Source: Protaetiibacter sp.
GTDB lineage: Bacteria > Actinomycetota > Actinomycetes > Actinomycetales > Microbacteriaceae
Assembly: GCA_047605085.1 (NCBI GenBank)
Contig: JASGGJ010000002.1
Span: forward strand, 1,689 to 65,688
Direction: 5' to 3'
DNA length: 64,000 nucleotides
The first letter of the stretch is position 1. Every line of letters begins with the position of its first letter. The translations under genes were made by a program, and so were the position numbers. The notes beneath the pieces were generated by a model. It had not been told where the DNA came from and searched no databases. It worked only from the letters and a program-made list of their open reading frames with translations. This document shows, piece after piece, positions 38,357 to 49,625 of the stretch.

Positions 38357-39285
38357 GCCTCCTCGTCGCCGTCGTCGGGGCAACCGGCACCGGCAAGACC
38401 GAGCTCGCGCTCGACCTCGGCGAACGACTCGCCGCATCCGGCACCCCCGTCGAGATCGTCAACGCGGACGCCATGCAGCTGTACCGCGGGATGGACATCG
38501 GCACCGCGAAACCGCCGGCAGGCGCCCGCCGCGGCATCCCGCACCACCTCATCGACGTGCTCGACCCCGCCCAGGAGGCGAGCGTCGCCCGCTACCAGCA
38601 GGAGGCGCGGGCCGTGATCGACGGCGTCCTCGCGCGAGGCGCGGTGCCGGTCCTCGTCGGCGGCAGCGGGCTCTACGTGTCGAGCGTCGTCTACGACTTC
38701 CGCTTCCCGGGGACGGATGCCGCAATCCGGGCGCGACTCGAAGCCGAACTGGACGCGGACGGGCCCGGAGCCCTCCACGAGCGGCTGCGCGCGCGCGATC
38801 CCGCGGCCGCCGCGGCGATCGGGCCGTACAACGGACGCCGCCTGGTCCGTGCGCTCGAGGTGATCGAACTGACCGGCGAGCCGTTCGGTGCGGGCCTGCC
38901 CGACGAGGGAGCCACCTGGCGTCCGAGCGCGATCCTCGGACTGCGCCTCGACCGCGAGCGCCTCGTGCCGCGGCTCGACGAGCGGGTCGTGCGGATGTGG
39001 CGGGCGGGCCTCGTCGACGAGGTCGCGCGTCTGCGCCCCGCCGGTTTCGGTGTCACCGCGAGCCGTGCCATCGGCTACGCGCAGGCGCTCGCCCAGCTCG
39101 ACGGGGCTCTCGACGAGGCCGCCGCGATCGCCGAGACGCAGGCGCTGACCCGGCGCTACGCCCGACGGCAGGTGTCCTGGTTCGGGCGTTCGCGGACGAC
39201 CGAGTGGATCGACGCCGACGACCCCACCCGTGTCGGTACCGCTACGAACATCGTGCGCGACGGCCTCGCTAGGCTTTCCGGGTGA
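38353..39285 (+). CDS. miaA: tRNA dimethylallyltransferase
   Basis: [30 protein letters not shown] and AIGY. Confidence 0.95.
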   Translation: MSLLVAVVGATGTGKTELALDLGERLAASGTPVEIVNADAMQLYRGMDIGTAKPPAGARRGIPHHLIDVLDPAQEASVARYQQEARAVIDGVLARGAVPVLVGGSGLYVSSVVYDFRFPGTDAAIRARLEAELDADGPGALHERLRARDPAAAAAIGPYNGRRLVRALEVIELTGEPFGAGLPDEGATWRPSAILGLRLDRERLVPRLDERVVRMWRAGLVDEVARLRPAGFGVTASRAIGYAQALAQLDGALDEAAAIAETQALTRRYARRQVSWFGRSRTTEWIDADDPTRVGTATNIVRDGLARLSG

Positions 39286-40145
39286 GCATCGATCTCGCCT
39301 TCACCAAGGGGCACGGCACCGGCAACGACTTCGTGCTGTTCGCCGACCCCGACGGCGAGATCGAGCTCGGCCCCGACCAGCTCGCGGCCCTCGCCGACCG
39401 ACGCTTCGGCGTCGGAGGCGACGGCGTCATCCGCGCCGTCCGCTCCGCCGCCCTGCCGGAGGGCGCCGCCTCCCTCGCGGAGGACCCGGATGCCGAGTGG
39501 TTCATGGACTACCACAACGCCGACGGCAGCCCCGCCGAGATGTGCGGCAACGGCATCCGCGTCTACGGCGCCTACCTGATCGCGGCCGGCCTGCTCTCGC
39601 TCGAGGTCGGCGGAACCGTCGCGATCGGCACCCGCGGCGGGGTCCGGCCGCTCACCCGCACCGCAGACGGCTTCGAGGTGGATCTCGGCGGCTTCGTCGT
39701 GGCGGGGGAGGCGATGGTGTCGGCGCGCCGGCTCGACGTCGACCGGCCCGGCCTCGCGATCGGCGTCGGCAACCCGCACGTCGTCGTGGCACTCGCCGAC
39801 GACGCGGAGCTCGACGCCATCGACCTCGGCGAACCACCCGTCATCACCCCGGCGCCCCCCGACGGCGCCAACGTCGAGTTCGTCGTGCCGAGCGAGCCGC
39901 TGGTCTCCGGCGGGGTGGGCCGCATCCGGATGCGCGTCCACGAACGCGGCAGCGGCGAGACGCTCTCCTGCGGCACGGGCGCCGCGGCCGCCGCGCTCGC
40001 CACCCGCAGCTGGGCGGGCGACGGCGCCCCCGACACCTGGCTCGTGCGGGTGCCGGGGGGCGAACTGGGGGTGCGGATCGCCGACGGCCGCGTCCATCTC
40101 AGCGGCCCAGCCGAGCTCGTCTTCGACGGCGTCGTGTCGCTCTAG
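39282..40145 (+). CDS. dapF: Diaminopimelate epimerase
   Basis: [19 protein letters not shown] and [13 protein letters not shown]. Confidence 0.95.
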   Translation: MSIDLAFTKGHGTGNDFVLFADPDGEIELGPDQLAALADRRFGVGGDGVIRAVRSAALPEGAASLAEDPDAEWFMDYHNADGSPAEMCGNGIRVYGAYLIAAGLLSLEVGGTVAIGTRGGVRPLTRTADGFEVDLGGFVVAGEAMVSARRLDVDRPGLAIGVGNPHVVVALADDAELDAIDLGEPPVITPAPPDGANVEFVVPSEPLVSGGVGRIRMRVHERGSGETLSCGTGAAAAALATRSWAGDGAPDTWLVRVPGGELGVRIADGRVHLSGPAELVFDGVVSL

Positions 40146-40765
40146 TTCCCCGCACCCGCGCGGCGGCGCACCCGCAGCACGCGGAAACCCTTGCTCGTGG
40201 CGGCGCGCAGCACGGTGAAGTCACTCGGCAGTTCGCCCTGCAGCCAGCGCTGCAGGGAGTCGGAGCCGAGGTTGCGCGCGACGACCAGCCAGGCGTCCGA
40301 TCCGGTGTCGAGCCGCGGAAGCCATTCGGACAGCATGGCGTGCAGCTCGTTCTTGCCGACCCGGATGGGCGGGTTCGACCAGATCGTGCGGAAGCGGATG
40401 TCGGCCGGAACCTCCTCAGGCCGGCAGACGCGCACGTTGTCGAGGCCGAGGGACGAAGCGTTGCGGCGCAGCAGCTCGAGCGCTCGCTCGTTGACGTCGA
40501 CCGCCCACACCGTCGCGTGCGGCGACTCGAGGGCGAGGGTGAGGGCGATCGGCCCCCAGCCACAGCCGAGGTCGAGGAAGTGCCCGCCGGGCGGCGGGGC
40601 CGGCGTGTGCGCGAGCAGCACCTGGGTGCCGACGTCGACCTGGCCGGGGCTGAAGATGCCGCCCGCCGTCGTCACCTCCAGCTCGCGGCCGGCCAGGCGG
40701 ACGGAGATGGTCCTGAGCACCGCGTCGCCCGACGGCGACGCCGAGAAGTAGTGCTCACTCGACAT
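40142..40765 (-). CDS. Class I SAM-dependent methyltransferase (RsmC/MTS-like)
   Basis: EHYFS, GIFS...[11 protein letters not shown] and SNPPIR. Confidence 0.88.
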   Translation of the reverse strand: MSSEHYFSASPSGDAVLRTISVRLAGRELEVTTAGGIFSPGQVDVGTQVLLAHTPAPPPGGHFLDLGCGWGPIALTLALESPHATVWAVDVNERALELLRRNASSLGLDNVRVCRPEEVPADIRFRTIWSNPPIRVGKNELHAMLSEWLPRLDTGSDAWLVVARNLGSDSLQRWLQGELPSDFTVLRAATSKGFRVLRVRRRAGAGN

Positions 40766-40807
40766 GCAGAGAACCTACCGAAAACCAGTGGCTAAGGTTA
40801 AGCGACC

Positions 40808-42340
40808 ATGAGCCGATCCCGCGAGCTACTCGAGGTGCCGGGCGAGGACACCCCGCGCGACGCCCTTGACCGCATCCTCGCCACCGAGGAGGCGCACGCC
40901 GGCGTGCGCGTCTTCGGCACTCGCGCCGCGGCCCTGCAGGACGAGCACACCGCGACGGGGACCGACCGCGACGGCGAGCAGCTCGACCGCGAGGAGCGCG
41001 CCGCCCTGCGCCGGGTCGGCGGGCTCTCGACCGAGCTCGCGGATGTCACCGAGGTCGAGTACCGGCAGCTGCGCCTCGAGCAGGTCGTGCTGATCGGCGT
41101 GTACACCCCGTCCGAGACGCTCGAGGATGCCGAGAATTCGCTGCGCGAGCTCGCCGCCCTCGCCGAGACCGCGGGGGCGGTGGTGCTCGACGGCGTGCTG
41201 CAGCGGCGCCCGCATCCGGACCCGGCCACCTACCTCGGCCGCGGCAAGGTTCAGGAGCTCGCCGACATCGTCGCCGCCCTCGGCGCCGACACCGTGGTCG
41301 CCGACGCCGAGCTCGCCCCCAGCCAGCGACGCGCGCTCGAGGACGCGGTGCGCGTCAAGGTCATCGACCGCACGGCCGTCATCCTCGACATCTTCAGCCA
41401 GCACGCCAAGTCCCGCGAGGGCAAGGCGCAGGTCGAGCTCGCCCAGCTCGAATACCTGCTGCCGCGCCTCCGCGGCTGGGGCGAGTCGATGTCCCGCCAG
41501 GCCGGCGGCCAGGCGGCAGGCGGCCAGGGCATGGGTTCCCGCGGCCCAGGTGAGACCAAGATCGAGCTCGACCGCCGCCGCATCCACTCCCGGATGGCGA
41601 AGCTGCGCCGCCAGATCAAGGGCTTCGCGCCCGCGCGCGAGGCGAAACGGGCGAACCGCGACCGCTTCCAGGTGCCCGCCGTGGCGATCGCCGGGTACAC
41701 CAACGCGGGCAAGTCGAGCCTGCTCAACCGCATCACGCGCGCCGGGGTGCTCGTCGAGAACACCCTGTTCGCGACCCTCGACCCGACGGTGCGCCGCAGC
41801 CGCACCCCCGACGGGCGGGTCTTCACGATCGCCGACACGGTCGGCTTCGTGCGCAACCTCCCGCATCAGCTCGTCGAGGCGTTCCGTTCGACGCTCGAGG
41901 AGGTCGCGGCCGCCGACCTCGTGCTGCACCTCGTCGACGGCTCGCATCCCGACCCCGCCGCGCAGATCGCCACCGTGCGCGAGGTGCTCGGCGACGCGGG
42001 CGCGCGCGAGCTGCCGGAGCTCATCGTCTTCACGAAGGCCGACCTCGTCGATCCGGACCGCCGCATCCTGCTGCGCGGGCTCGAACCCGACTCGGTGTTC
42101 GTGTCGGCGCGCACCGGGGAGGGCGTCGAGGAGCTGCTCGAGGAGATCGGTGCCCGGCTGCCGGAGCCCGAGGTCGAGCTCGAGGTGCTCATCCCGTACC
42201 ACCGCGGCGACCTCGTGTCCCTCGCCCACGACCGCGCCCGCGTGCTCGAGACGCGCTACGAGGAGACCGGGACCCGGATGCGCGTGCAGGCGAGCGAGGC
42301 GGTCGCCCACCAGCTCGAGGCCGCAGCGGCCCCGGTGTAA
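40808..42340 (+). CDS. hflX: GTPase HflX
   Basis: ILDIFSQHA, GPGETKIELDRR, GYTNAGKS, LFATLD and DTVGF. Confidence 0.96.
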   Translation: MSRSRELLEVPGEDTPRDALDRILATEEAHAGVRVFGTRAAALQDEHTATGTDRDGEQLDREERAALRRVGGLSTELADVTEVEYRQLRLEQVVLIGVYTPSETLEDAENSLRELAALAETAGAVVLDGVLQRRPHPDPATYLGRGKVQELADIVAALGADTVVADAELAPSQRRALEDAVRVKVIDRTAVILDIFSQHAKSREGKAQVELAQLEYLLPRLRGWGESMSRQAGGQAAGGQGMGSRGPGETKIELDRRRIHSRMAKLRRQIKGFAPAREAKRANRDRFQVPAVAIAGYTNAGKSSLLNRITRAGVLVENTLFATLDPTVRRSRTPDGRVFTIADTVGFVRNLPHQLVEAFRSTLEEVAAADLVLHLVDGSHPDPAAQIATVREVLGDAGARELPELIVFTKADLVDPDRRILLRGLEPDSVFVSARTGEGVEELLEEIGARLPEPEVELEVLIPYHRGDLVSLAHDRARVLETRYEETGTRMRVQASEAVAHQLEAAAAPV

Positions 42341-42468
42341 CGATCCGACATCTCGGCGGCGGCGGGCTACGCTGGGACGCGCCGCGCACGCGCGCGGTGG
42401 GAGCGACCGCCGAGCCCGGCATCCGCCCCGTGATCTCGCGTGCCCGCGCGACGATGAACGGAGGATGC

Positions 42469-43422
42469 ATGACCGGCGAGCCCGGGGACTGTCCGACGTT
42501 CTCGTTCGAGCTGTACCCCCCGCGCGACGCCGCCGCGGAGGCGGCGCTCGTCGCCGGTACCCTCCCCGCCCTCGTCGCCGCAGGCCCCGAGTTCATCTCG
42601 GTCACCTACGGGGCGTCCGGATCGACGCGCGGCCTCTCGCTCGACGTCCTGCGCCGCCTGCTTCAGACCCCGGTCGAGCCGATGGCGCACCTGACCTGCG
42701 TCGGCTCCTCCTACGCGGAGGCGAGCCGTCTCATCCGCGAGTTCCTGGACGCCGGGGTGACGAGTTTCCTCGCCCTGCGCGGGGATCCACCGGCCGGCGT
42801 CTCGGAGGGAGAGGTGTTCCTCGGCGACCTCGGCAGCGCGGGGGAGCTCGTGCAGCTCATCCATCGGGTGCAGAAGGAGCGCGTGCCGTTCCGCCAGCTC
42901 GACGTGCCCGGCATTCCTGGCGCGAAGCGGATCGCGGCGGGCGAGAAGGTCACGATCGCCGTCGCGGCGTTCCCCAACGGCCACCCGCGCTCGCGCTCCC
43001 GCGCGCAGGACCTCGACACCCTGCTCGCCAAGCAGGCGGCCGGTGCCAACCTGGCGATCACCCAGCTGTTCTTCGAGGCGGACGACTATCTCGGCTTCGT
43101 CGACGAGGCGCGGGAGGCGGGCGTCACGATGCGCATCCTCCCCGGCATCATGCCCGTGCTGAGCGTGCCGCGGCTGCGCCGCATCCTCGAGCTCACCCAG
43201 GAGCGCGAACCGGCCGCGCTGCTGCGCTCGCTCGAGACGAGCGACGACCCGGCATCCGTCGGCATCGAGCACGCCGCGCGCCTCGGCCGCGCCCTGCTCG
43301 ACGGCGGCGCCCCAGGCCTGCACCTCTACACCTTCAACCGGCACCAGGCACCGCTCGCGGTGCTCGAGCGGGCCGGTATCTTGTCCCCGGACCGTCTCAG
43401 AATCGGAGAGCACACCGCATGA
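42469..43422 (+). CDS. metF: 5,10-methylenetetrahydrofolate reductase
   Basis: SFELYPP, SVTYGA, AHLTC, ALRGDPP, ITQLFF and HLYTFN. Confidence 0.93.
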   Translation: MTGEPGDCPTFSFELYPPRDAAAEAALVAGTLPALVAAGPEFISVTYGASGSTRGLSLDVLRRLLQTPVEPMAHLTCVGSSYAEASRLIREFLDAGVTSFLALRGDPPAGVSEGEVFLGDLGSAGELVQLIHRVQKERVPFRQLDVPGIPGAKRIAAGEKVTIAVAAFPNGHPRSRSRAQDLDTLLAKQAAGANLAITQLFFEADDYLGFVDEAREAGVTMRILPGIMPVLSVPRLRRILELTQEREPAALLRSLETSDDPASVGIEHAARLGRALLDGGAPGLHLYTFNRHQAPLAVLERAGILSPDRLRIGEHTA

Positions 43423-45725
43423 CCGCAGCATTCCCCACCGGCACGATCCTCGGCTACCCGCGCATCGGGCGGCGCCGTGAGCTCAAGCGCGCCGTCGAGT
43501 CGTTCTGGGCGGGCCGCATCGACGCGGACGAGCTCGAGCGCACGGCCGCCGAGCTGCGGCAGGCGACCCGCGAGCGGCTCGCCGCGCTGGGGCTCGGGCG
43601 CCAGGACTCGTCGATCCCCGAGTCGTTCTCGTTCTACGACCAGGTGCTCGACGCCGCGGTCACCGTGGGCGCCATCCCGAGCCGGTTCGCGGGCCTCGCG
43701 GACGCCGAAGGCCGCGTCGACCTGGCCGGCTACTTCACGATCGCGCGCGGCGAGGGCGAGCGCGCCCCCCTCGAGATGACCAAGTGGTTCGACTCGAACT
43801 ACCACTACCTGGTTCCGGAGATCGGACCGGAAACGCGGTTCCGGCTCGCGAGCGACCGGCTCGTGTGGGAGGTGGCCGAGGCGAAGGCCGCCGGATTCGT
43901 CACGCGGCCGGTCGTCGTGGGGCCGGTGACCTTCCTGCTGCTCGCGAAGGCGAGCGAGGAGGCGCCAGCCGGCTTCGCGCCGCTCTCGCGTCTCGAGGAC
44001 CTGCTGCCGGTCTATCAGGAGCTGCTCGAGAGTCTCGCCGAGGCCGGCGCGGAGTGGGTGCAGCTCGACGAGCCCGCGCTCGTCTCCGAATCGCTCGGAA
44101 CCCCGCGCGGCGAGGTGCTCGCCGCGGCCCAGACCGCCTACGAGGCGCTCGGGCACCGCCGCCCGCTCGGCGTCCTGGTCGCCGCCCCCTACGGCTCGCT
44201 CGACGACGCGCTGCCCGTGCTGGAAGGTGTGCCGATCGACGCGATCGCGCTCGATCTGGTCAAGGGCGAGGTGCCCTCTGGTGCCGCTACCGACAAGGTG
44301 CTCGTCGGCGGGGTGATCGACGGCCACAACATCTGGCGCGGCGACCTGGATGCCGCTTTCGGCAAGCTCGAGAGGCTCCGCGCCGTCGCCGCGAACGTCG
44401 CGGTCGGCACCTCGACCAACCTGTTCCACACCCCGCACGACGTCGGGGACGAGACGGAGCTGCCGGCGCAGCTGGTGAGCTGGCTCGCCTTCGCCGACCA
44501 GAAGGTCGGCCAGGTCGCGACCCTCGCCTGGGGCTTGCGCGACGGCCGTGCCGCGATCCAGGCGGAGCTGGATGCCGCATCCGCCGCCCTGGAGGACCGC
44601 CGTACCGCCGCGGGGGTGCGCGACGGCGCCGTGCGCGAGCGCATCGCGGGCCTAGACGCCGCGGCGTTCACGCGCGGCGACTACGCCGCCCGCCGTGCCG
44701 CCCAGGACGTCGCGCTGCGGCTGCCGCCGCTTCCGACGACGACGATCGGCTCCTTCCCGCAGACGGGCGACATCCGCCGGGAGCGGGCGAGATTCGGCAA
44801 GGGGGAGATCACCGAGGCGGAGTACGAGGAGTTCCTCCGGAAGGAGATCGCGGACGTCGTGGCGCTGCAGGAGCGCATCGGCCTCGACGTCATCGTGCAC
44901 GGCGAGCCGGAGCGCAACGACATGGTGCAGTACTTCGCCGAGCACCTCGACGGCTTCGCGGTGACGCAGCACGGCTGGGTGCAGTCCTACGGCTCCCGCG
45001 CGACGCGTCCGTCGATCCTGTGGGGCGACGTGTCGCGTCCCGCGCCCATCACGGTGCGCTGGTCGAGGTTCACCCAGGGGCTCACCGACAAGCCCGTCAA
45101 GGGGATGCTGACCGGCCCGGTGACGATCCTCGCCTGGTCGTTCGTGCGCGACGACCAGTCGCTCGGCGAGACCGCCTACCAGGTGGCCCTCGCGCTGCGC
45201 GACGAGATCGCCGACCTCGAGCAGGCCGGCATCGGCGTCATCCAGGTCGACGAACCGGCGCTGCGCGAGCTGCTGCCGCTCAAGAAGCGCGACCAGGCCG
45301 CCTACCTCGACTGGTCGGTCGCCTCGTTCCGGCTCGCGACGAGCGGCGTCGCCGAGCGCACCCAGATCCACACCCACCTCTGCTACTCGGAGTTCGGGGT
45401 GGTGCTCGACGCGATCGACGCGCTGGACGCCGACGTCACCTCGATCGAGGCGGCCCGCAGCCGCATGGAGGTCGTGCCCGAGCTCGAGCGCAGCGGCTTC
45501 GCCCGCGGGATTGGACCCGGCGTGTACGACATCCACTCGCCGCGCGTGCCGAGCGCGCGGGAGGTGCGGGAGCTCATCGGGATCGCGCTCCAGGCGATTC
45601 CGGAACGCCAGCTCTGGATCAATCCCGACTGCGGTCTCAAGACCCGCGGCTACGCGGAGACGGTCGCCTCGCTCGAGAACATCCTCACGGCGACGCGGGA
45701 GGTGCGCGGCGAGCTCGGCGGCTGA
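43419..45725 (+). CDS. metE: Cobalamin-independent methionine synthase
   Basis: GYPRIG..RELK, MTKWFDSNYHY, PTTTIGSFPQT, HGEPERNDMV, HTHLC and NPDCGLKTR. Start at ATG 43419. Confidence 0.97.
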   Translation: MTAAFPTGTILGYPRIGRRRELKRAVESFWAGRIDADELERTAAELRQATRERLAALGLGRQDSSIPESFSFYDQVLDAAVTVGAIPSRFAGLADAEGRVDLAGYFTIARGEGERAPLEMTKWFDSNYHYLVPEIGPETRFRLASDRLVWEVAEAKAAGFVTRPVVVGPVTFLLLAKASEEAPAGFAPLSRLEDLLPVYQELLESLAEAGAEWVQLDEPALVSESLGTPRGEVLAAAQTAYEALGHRRPLGVLVAAPYGSLDDALPVLEGVPIDAIALDLVKGEVPSGAATDKVLVGGVIDGHNIWRGDLDAAFGKLERLRAVAANVAVGTSTNLFHTPHDVGDETELPAQLVSWLAFADQKVGQVATLAWGLRDGRAAIQAELDAASAALEDRRTAAGVRDGAVRERIAGLDAAAFTRGDYAARRAAQDVALRLPPLPTTTIGSFPQTGDIRRERARFGKGEITEAEYEEFLRKEIADVVALQERIGLDVIVHGEPERNDMVQYFAEHLDGFAVTQHGWVQSYGSRATRPSILWGDVSRPAPITVRWSRFTQGLTDKPVKGMLTGPVTILAWSFVRDDQSLGETAYQVALALRDEIADLEQAGIGVIQVDEPALRELLPLKKRDQAAYLDWSVASFRLATSGVAERTQIHTHLCYSEFGVVLDAIDALDADVTSIEAARSRMEVVPELERSGFARGIGPGVYDIHSPRVPSAREVRELIGIALQAIPERQLWINPDCGLKTRGYAETVASLENILTATREVRGELGG

Positions 45726-45794
45726 CGCGGGCGGCTCAGGCGCCCCTCAGTCGGGGTAGGGCGCTCGCCCAGGCCGTGCGCCTACCCTGACGGG

Positions 45795-46565
45795 GTGCAA
45801 CTGGCAGTCCACGTCTCCGGATCGGGATCGCGCACCGCGATCCTCATCCACGGCATCATGTCCGATCACCGGGCGTGGCATCGGGTGAGCGCCGAGCTTG
45901 CGGCGAAGGGCTTCCGGGTGATCGCGGTCGACCTGGCAGGGCACGGCGCCTCGCCGCGCGCGCGGCGCTACACGCTGGGCGGCTGGGCGGATGACGTCGT
46001 CGAGACGGTGAGGCCCCTGCTGGATCGCTCTCCAGAGCTGCTCATGGGTCACTCGCTCGGCGGACTCGTCGCCTCCCTCGTCGCCGATCGGCTCGCTCCG
46101 CGCGCCGCGATCTACGTCGACCCGGCCTTCGCGTTCCCGCGCGGGGTCCGCGGCGTGCTGTTCAAGCTCGCCTTCGCGCTCGCCCCGCGCCCGCGCCGTT
46201 CCGCGCTCGTGCGCTGGAACCCGCGGTGGAGCGCCGACGATGTCGAGATCGAGCTTGCGACCGTGCGGGACTGGGACAAGCGCACCATCCTGGCGCTCGC
46301 CAGCAGCCGACCGCTCGTGCCGCCGCGGCAGCTCGTGGCGCCGAGCCTCGTCGTTCTCGCCGAGAAGAGCCTGCTCATCACGGATGCCGCGGCGGCCTCG
46401 CTGCGGCGCCTGGGGATGACGGTGGTGACGGTGGCGGGTGCGGGCCACGCCGTCTTCCGCGACGACCACGCGCGTTTCATGCGCCTCGTCGAGGAGTGGC
46501 TCGCGAACTGCGGGGCTCAGACCGAGCGCAGCACCGCCACGACCTTGCCGAGCACCTCGGCCTGA
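45795..46565 (+). CDS. Alpha/beta fold hydrolase
   Basis: HG, DLAGHG.S, GHSLGG and GAGH. Confidence 0.85.
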   Translation: MQLAVHVSGSGSRTAILIHGIMSDHRAWHRVSAELAAKGFRVIAVDLAGHGASPRARRYTLGGWADDVVETVRPLLDRSPELLMGHSLGGLVASLVADRLAPRAAIYVDPAFAFPRGVRGVLFKLAFALAPRPRRSALVRWNPRWSADDVEIELATVRDWDKRTILALASSRPLVPPRQLVAPSLVVLAEKSLLITDAAAASLRRLGMTVVTVAGAGHAVFRDDHARFMRLVEEWLANCGAQTERSTATTLPSTSA

Positions 46566-47191
46566 TCTCCCAGGATCGGCTCGAACGCCGTGTTCCGCGG
46601 CAGCAGCCAGGTGTGTCCGTCGCGCTGACGGAACACCTTGACGGTCGCCTCGCCGTCGAGCATCGCGGCGACGATCTCGCCGTTGTCCGCGGTGCGCTGG
46701 GCGCGCACCACGACCCAGTCGCCGTCGCAGATGGCGGCGTCGATCATCGACTCGCCTGACACCTTGAGCATGAACAGCTCGCCCTTGCCGACGAGCTGGC
46801 GGGGGAGCGGGAAGATCTCCTCGACCTGCTGCTCCGCGGTGATGGGCACCCCGGCGGCGATCCGGCCCACGAGCGGAACCATCGCGGCGTCACCGACGGG
46901 TGCCGTGCTCGAGGGGTCGTCGGCGATCGGGATGTCGATGAGCACTTCGAGCGCACGCGGCCGGTTCGGGTCGCGCCGCAGGTAGCCGGCGAGCTCGAGC
47001 TGATTGAGCTGATGGGTGACGCTCGAGAGCGAGGCGAGCCCGACGGCGTCGCCGATCTCCCGCATGCTCGGCGGGTAGCCGCGCCTCGCGACGGAACGCT
47101 GGATGACCTCCAGGATCGCCAGCTGCTTCTCGCTGAGGCTCTTGCGTCGCCGGGTCGCGGGGCGCTCCTCGACCTGTTCGATGTCGCTCAT
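46517..47191 (-). CDS. lexA: SOS repressor LexA
   Basis: [14 protein letters not shown] cleavage site, GESM catalytic Ser and ATVK Lys. Start MSDIEQ at 47191. Confidence 0.96.
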   Translation of the reverse strand: MSDIEQVEERPATRRRKSLSEKQLAILEVIQRSVARRGYPPSMREIGDAVGLASLSSVTHQLNQLELAGYLRRDPNRPRALEVLIDIPIADDPSSTAPVGDAAMVPLVGRIAAGVPITAEQQVEEIFPLPRQLVGKGELFMLKVSGESMIDAAICDGDWVVVRAQRTADNGEIVAAMLDGEATVKVFRQRDGHTWLLPRNTAFEPILGDQAEVLGKVVAVLRSV

Positions 47192-47285
47192 GGGGCCCTC
47201 CAGACGGCTCAGGGGATGCGATGTCAGTGGTGCGTGATGGGATGCATCCCGTAGATCGAAACTGTATCCGCTTCGGCGGCGATCG

Positions 47286-47392
47286 GCAAACATCCGTTCG
47301 AGTGTGTCGTGGAATCCGGTTCTTCGGTTCGCCGAGATTCCAAAGATTTCGCGAGAGGACTTGAACATCTGTTCTATCGAAGATAGATTCGG
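47286..47392. promoter_or_regulatory. Cluster of LexA boxes in the lexA / LysM divergent region
   Basis: GCAAAC-ATCC-GTTCGA (47286-47301), TTGAAC-ATCT-GTTCTA (47361-47376), TCGAAG-ATAG-ATTCGG (47377-47392). Confidence 0.7.
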
Positions 47393-47477
47393 AACACAGC
47401 TTCGCATCCGGCCTCCCGGCCGAGGCCGGATGCGGCGGCTGTCCATCGAGCACCGCCCGTCGAGCAGGAGATATGAC

Positions 47478-47846
47478 ATGACCACCATCGCCCTCAGCAC
47501 GAGCCGTGTCGGCACGGCTTCCCGCGGCATCGCCCCGCGCCTGCGGCTCACCCCCCGCGGCCGGCTCGTGATCGGCACGCTTCTCGCGGCGCCCGTCGCG
47601 CTCGCCCTCGCGCTCTCGGCCTTCTCCGGCACCTCCGCCCAGGCGGGCTCGACCGTCTCGACGGCGAGCTTCGACTACATCACGGTCGCCGCGGGGGAGT
47701 CGCTGTGGGATCTCGCGGGCTGGATCGCGCCGGAGGCCGACCCGCGCGAGGTCGTCACGGCCCTCGTCGAGCTCAATCAGCTGTCGACGACCGAGGTGCA
47801 GCCCGGCCAGCGACTCGCCATCCCCGCGGCCTACTCCGCCGAATAG
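47478..47846 (+). CDS. LysM-domain membrane protein (ChiZ/YneA-like SOS division inhibitor)
   Basis: RLRLTPRGR, one TM, LysM (V..GESLW.LA...I..LN.L....VQPGQRL.IP); divergent from lexA. Confidence 0.82.
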   Translation: MTTIALSTSRVGTASRGIAPRLRLTPRGRLVIGTLLAAPVALALALSAFSGTSAQAGSTVSTASFDYITVAAGESLWDLAGWIAPEADPREVVTALVELNQLSTTEVQPGQRLAIPAAYSAE

Positions 47847-47875
47847 CCCGGGGCCGAATAGCCCGGGGCCGAATA
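47838..47875. repeat. 15-bp tandem repeat x2.5
   Basis: gccgaatagcccggg at 47838 and 47853, partial copy at 47868. Confidence 0.8.
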
Positions 47876-47919
47876 ACCTGCGCGATGGCCGCGCTAGGAC
47901 CCCTCACTAGAATCGCCGG

Positions 47920-49008
47920 GTGGCCTCCCTCTCCGATCTGCCGATCCGCGACGAGCTGAAGGGGCTGACGCCGTACGGCGCACCGCAGAAGCACGTGCGC
48001 TACGCCCTCAACGTCAACGAGAACACCCACCCGATCCCGGAGGGCGTCGCGCGCGACATCGTCGAGTCGCTCGCCCGCGCCGTCCTCACCGCGAACCGCT
48101 ACCCGGACCGCGAGTTCACCGTCCTGCGCGAGTCGCTCGCCGGCTATCTCGGTCACGGGCTCGGCGCGGAGCAGCTCTGGGCGGCGAACGGCTCGAACGA
48201 GATCATCCAGCAGCTCCTCCAAGCCTTCGGAGGCCCGGGTCACAGCGTGCTGGGGTTCCCGCCCACCTACTCGATGCATCCGATCATCACGGCGGGGGTC
48301 GGCAGCCGCTGGGTCACCGCCGAGCGCGACACCGGCTACCGGATCTCCGCCGAGACCGCGGTGAGTGCCATCGAGAGGCACCGGCCCGAGCTCGTCTTCC
48401 TGTGCGCGCCCAACAACCCGACCGGCACCGCGCTCCCGCTCGAGACGATCGAGGCTGCCTACGACGCCACCGACGGCATCGTCTTCGTCGACGAGGCCTA
48501 CGCCGAGTTCATGCCGGAGGACCGGCCGAGCGCGCTCACACTGCTTCCCGGACGGGAGCGGCTCGTCGTCTCGCGCACCATGAGCAAGGCCTTCGCCTTC
48601 GCGGGGGTGCGGCTCGGCTACCTCGCCGCCGATCCGGCGATCATCGACGCCCTCCGCCTGGTCCGCCTTCCGTACCACCTCTCCGCCCTCACCCAGGCCG
48701 CGGCCGTCGCGGCGCTCGCGCACGCGCCCGAGCTGCTCGCGATGGTCGATGACATCGCCGCCCAGCGCGACCGCATGGTCGCCGAACTCCCCGCCCTCGG
48801 CTACCACCCGTGGCCGAGCGAGGCGAACTTCGTGCTCTTCGAGGGCGTGGACGACCCGCAGGCGACCTTCCGCGCGCTCCTCGAGCGCGACATCCTCATC
48901 CGCGACGTCGGCATCCCGCACGCCCTGCGCGTGACGGCGGGCACCGCGGCCGAGACGGACTTCTTCCTGCGCAGCCTCGCGGAGCTCGGTCCCGGCGGCG
49001 CCCGCTAA
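47920..49008 (+). CDS. hisC: Histidinol-phosphate aminotransferase
   Basis: LNVNEN, NGSNE, PNNPTG, DEAY and RTMSKAF. Confidence 0.95.
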   Translation: MASLSDLPIRDELKGLTPYGAPQKHVRYALNVNENTHPIPEGVARDIVESLARAVLTANRYPDREFTVLRESLAGYLGHGLGAEQLWAANGSNEIIQQLLQAFGGPGHSVLGFPPTYSMHPIITAGVGSRWVTAERDTGYRISAETAVSAIERHRPELVFLCAPNNPTGTALPLETIEAAYDATDGIVFVDEAYAEFMPEDRPSALTLLPGRERLVVSRTMSKAFAFAGVRLGYLAADPAIIDALRLVRLPYHLSALTQAAAVAALAHAPELLAMVDDIAAQRDRMVAELPALGYHPWPSEANFVLFEGVDDPQATFRALLERDILIRDVGIPHALRVTAGTAAETDFFLRSLAELGPGGAR

Positions 49009-49017
49009 CCTGATGTC

Positions 49018-49623
49018 ATGAGCACGCACCGCACCGCGCGTCTCGGCCGCCAGACGAGCGAGTCGAGCATCGAGCTGAGCCTCGACCTCGACGGCACCGG
49101 CACGAGCGACATCCGGACCACGGTGCCGTTCTTCGACCACCTGCTCACCGCCTTCGCCAAGCACGCGCTCGTCGACCTGACGGTGCGCGCCGAGGGCGAC
49201 ACCGACATCGACGTGCACCACACGGTCGAGGACACCGGCATCGTGCTCGGCACCGCCATCCGCCAGGCTCTCGGCGACAAGACGGGCATCGCACGATTCG
49301 GCGACGCCCTCGTCCCCCTCGACGAGGCCCTCGCGCAGGCCGTCGTCGACGTCTCGGGCCGCCCCTATCTCGTGCACTCCGGAGAGCCAGCCGGCTTCGA
49401 GTTCCACCTGATCGGCGGCCACTTCACCGGGTCGATGGTGCGTCACGTCGTCGAGGCGATCGTCGTCAACGCGCACCTCACGGTGCATCTGACCGTGCTC
49501 GCCGGGCGCGACCCGCACCACATCGCGGAGGCCGAGTTCAAGGCGCTGGCGCGCGCCTTCCGGCAGGCGGTCACACGCGACGAGCGCGTCGCGGGCGTGC
49601 CCTCGACCAAGGGCGCCCTCTGA
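49018..49623 (+). CDS. hisB: Imidazoleglycerol-phosphate dehydratase
   Basis: [22 protein letters not shown] and PSTKG. Confidence 0.96.
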   Translation: MSTHRTARLGRQTSESSIELSLDLDGTGTSDIRTTVPFFDHLLTAFAKHALVDLTVRAEGDTDIDVHHTVEDTGIVLGTAIRQALGDKTGIARFGDALVPLDEALAQAVVDVSGRPYLVHSGEPAGFEFHLIGGHFTGSMVRHVVEAIVVNAHLTVHLTVLAGRDPHHIAEAEFKALARAFRQAVTRDERVAGVPSTKGAL

Positions 49624-49625
49624 GC

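Noticed and set aside
42345-42468. Canonical SAM-IV, SAH or cobalamin riboswitch
   Set aside because: Consensus cores were not found by eye, so it is not listed as a feature.
41127-45725. 1532-aa MetE fusion protein
   Set aside because: The N-terminal part is an off-frame read through hflX and metF; true metE starts at ATG 43419 overlapping the metF stop.
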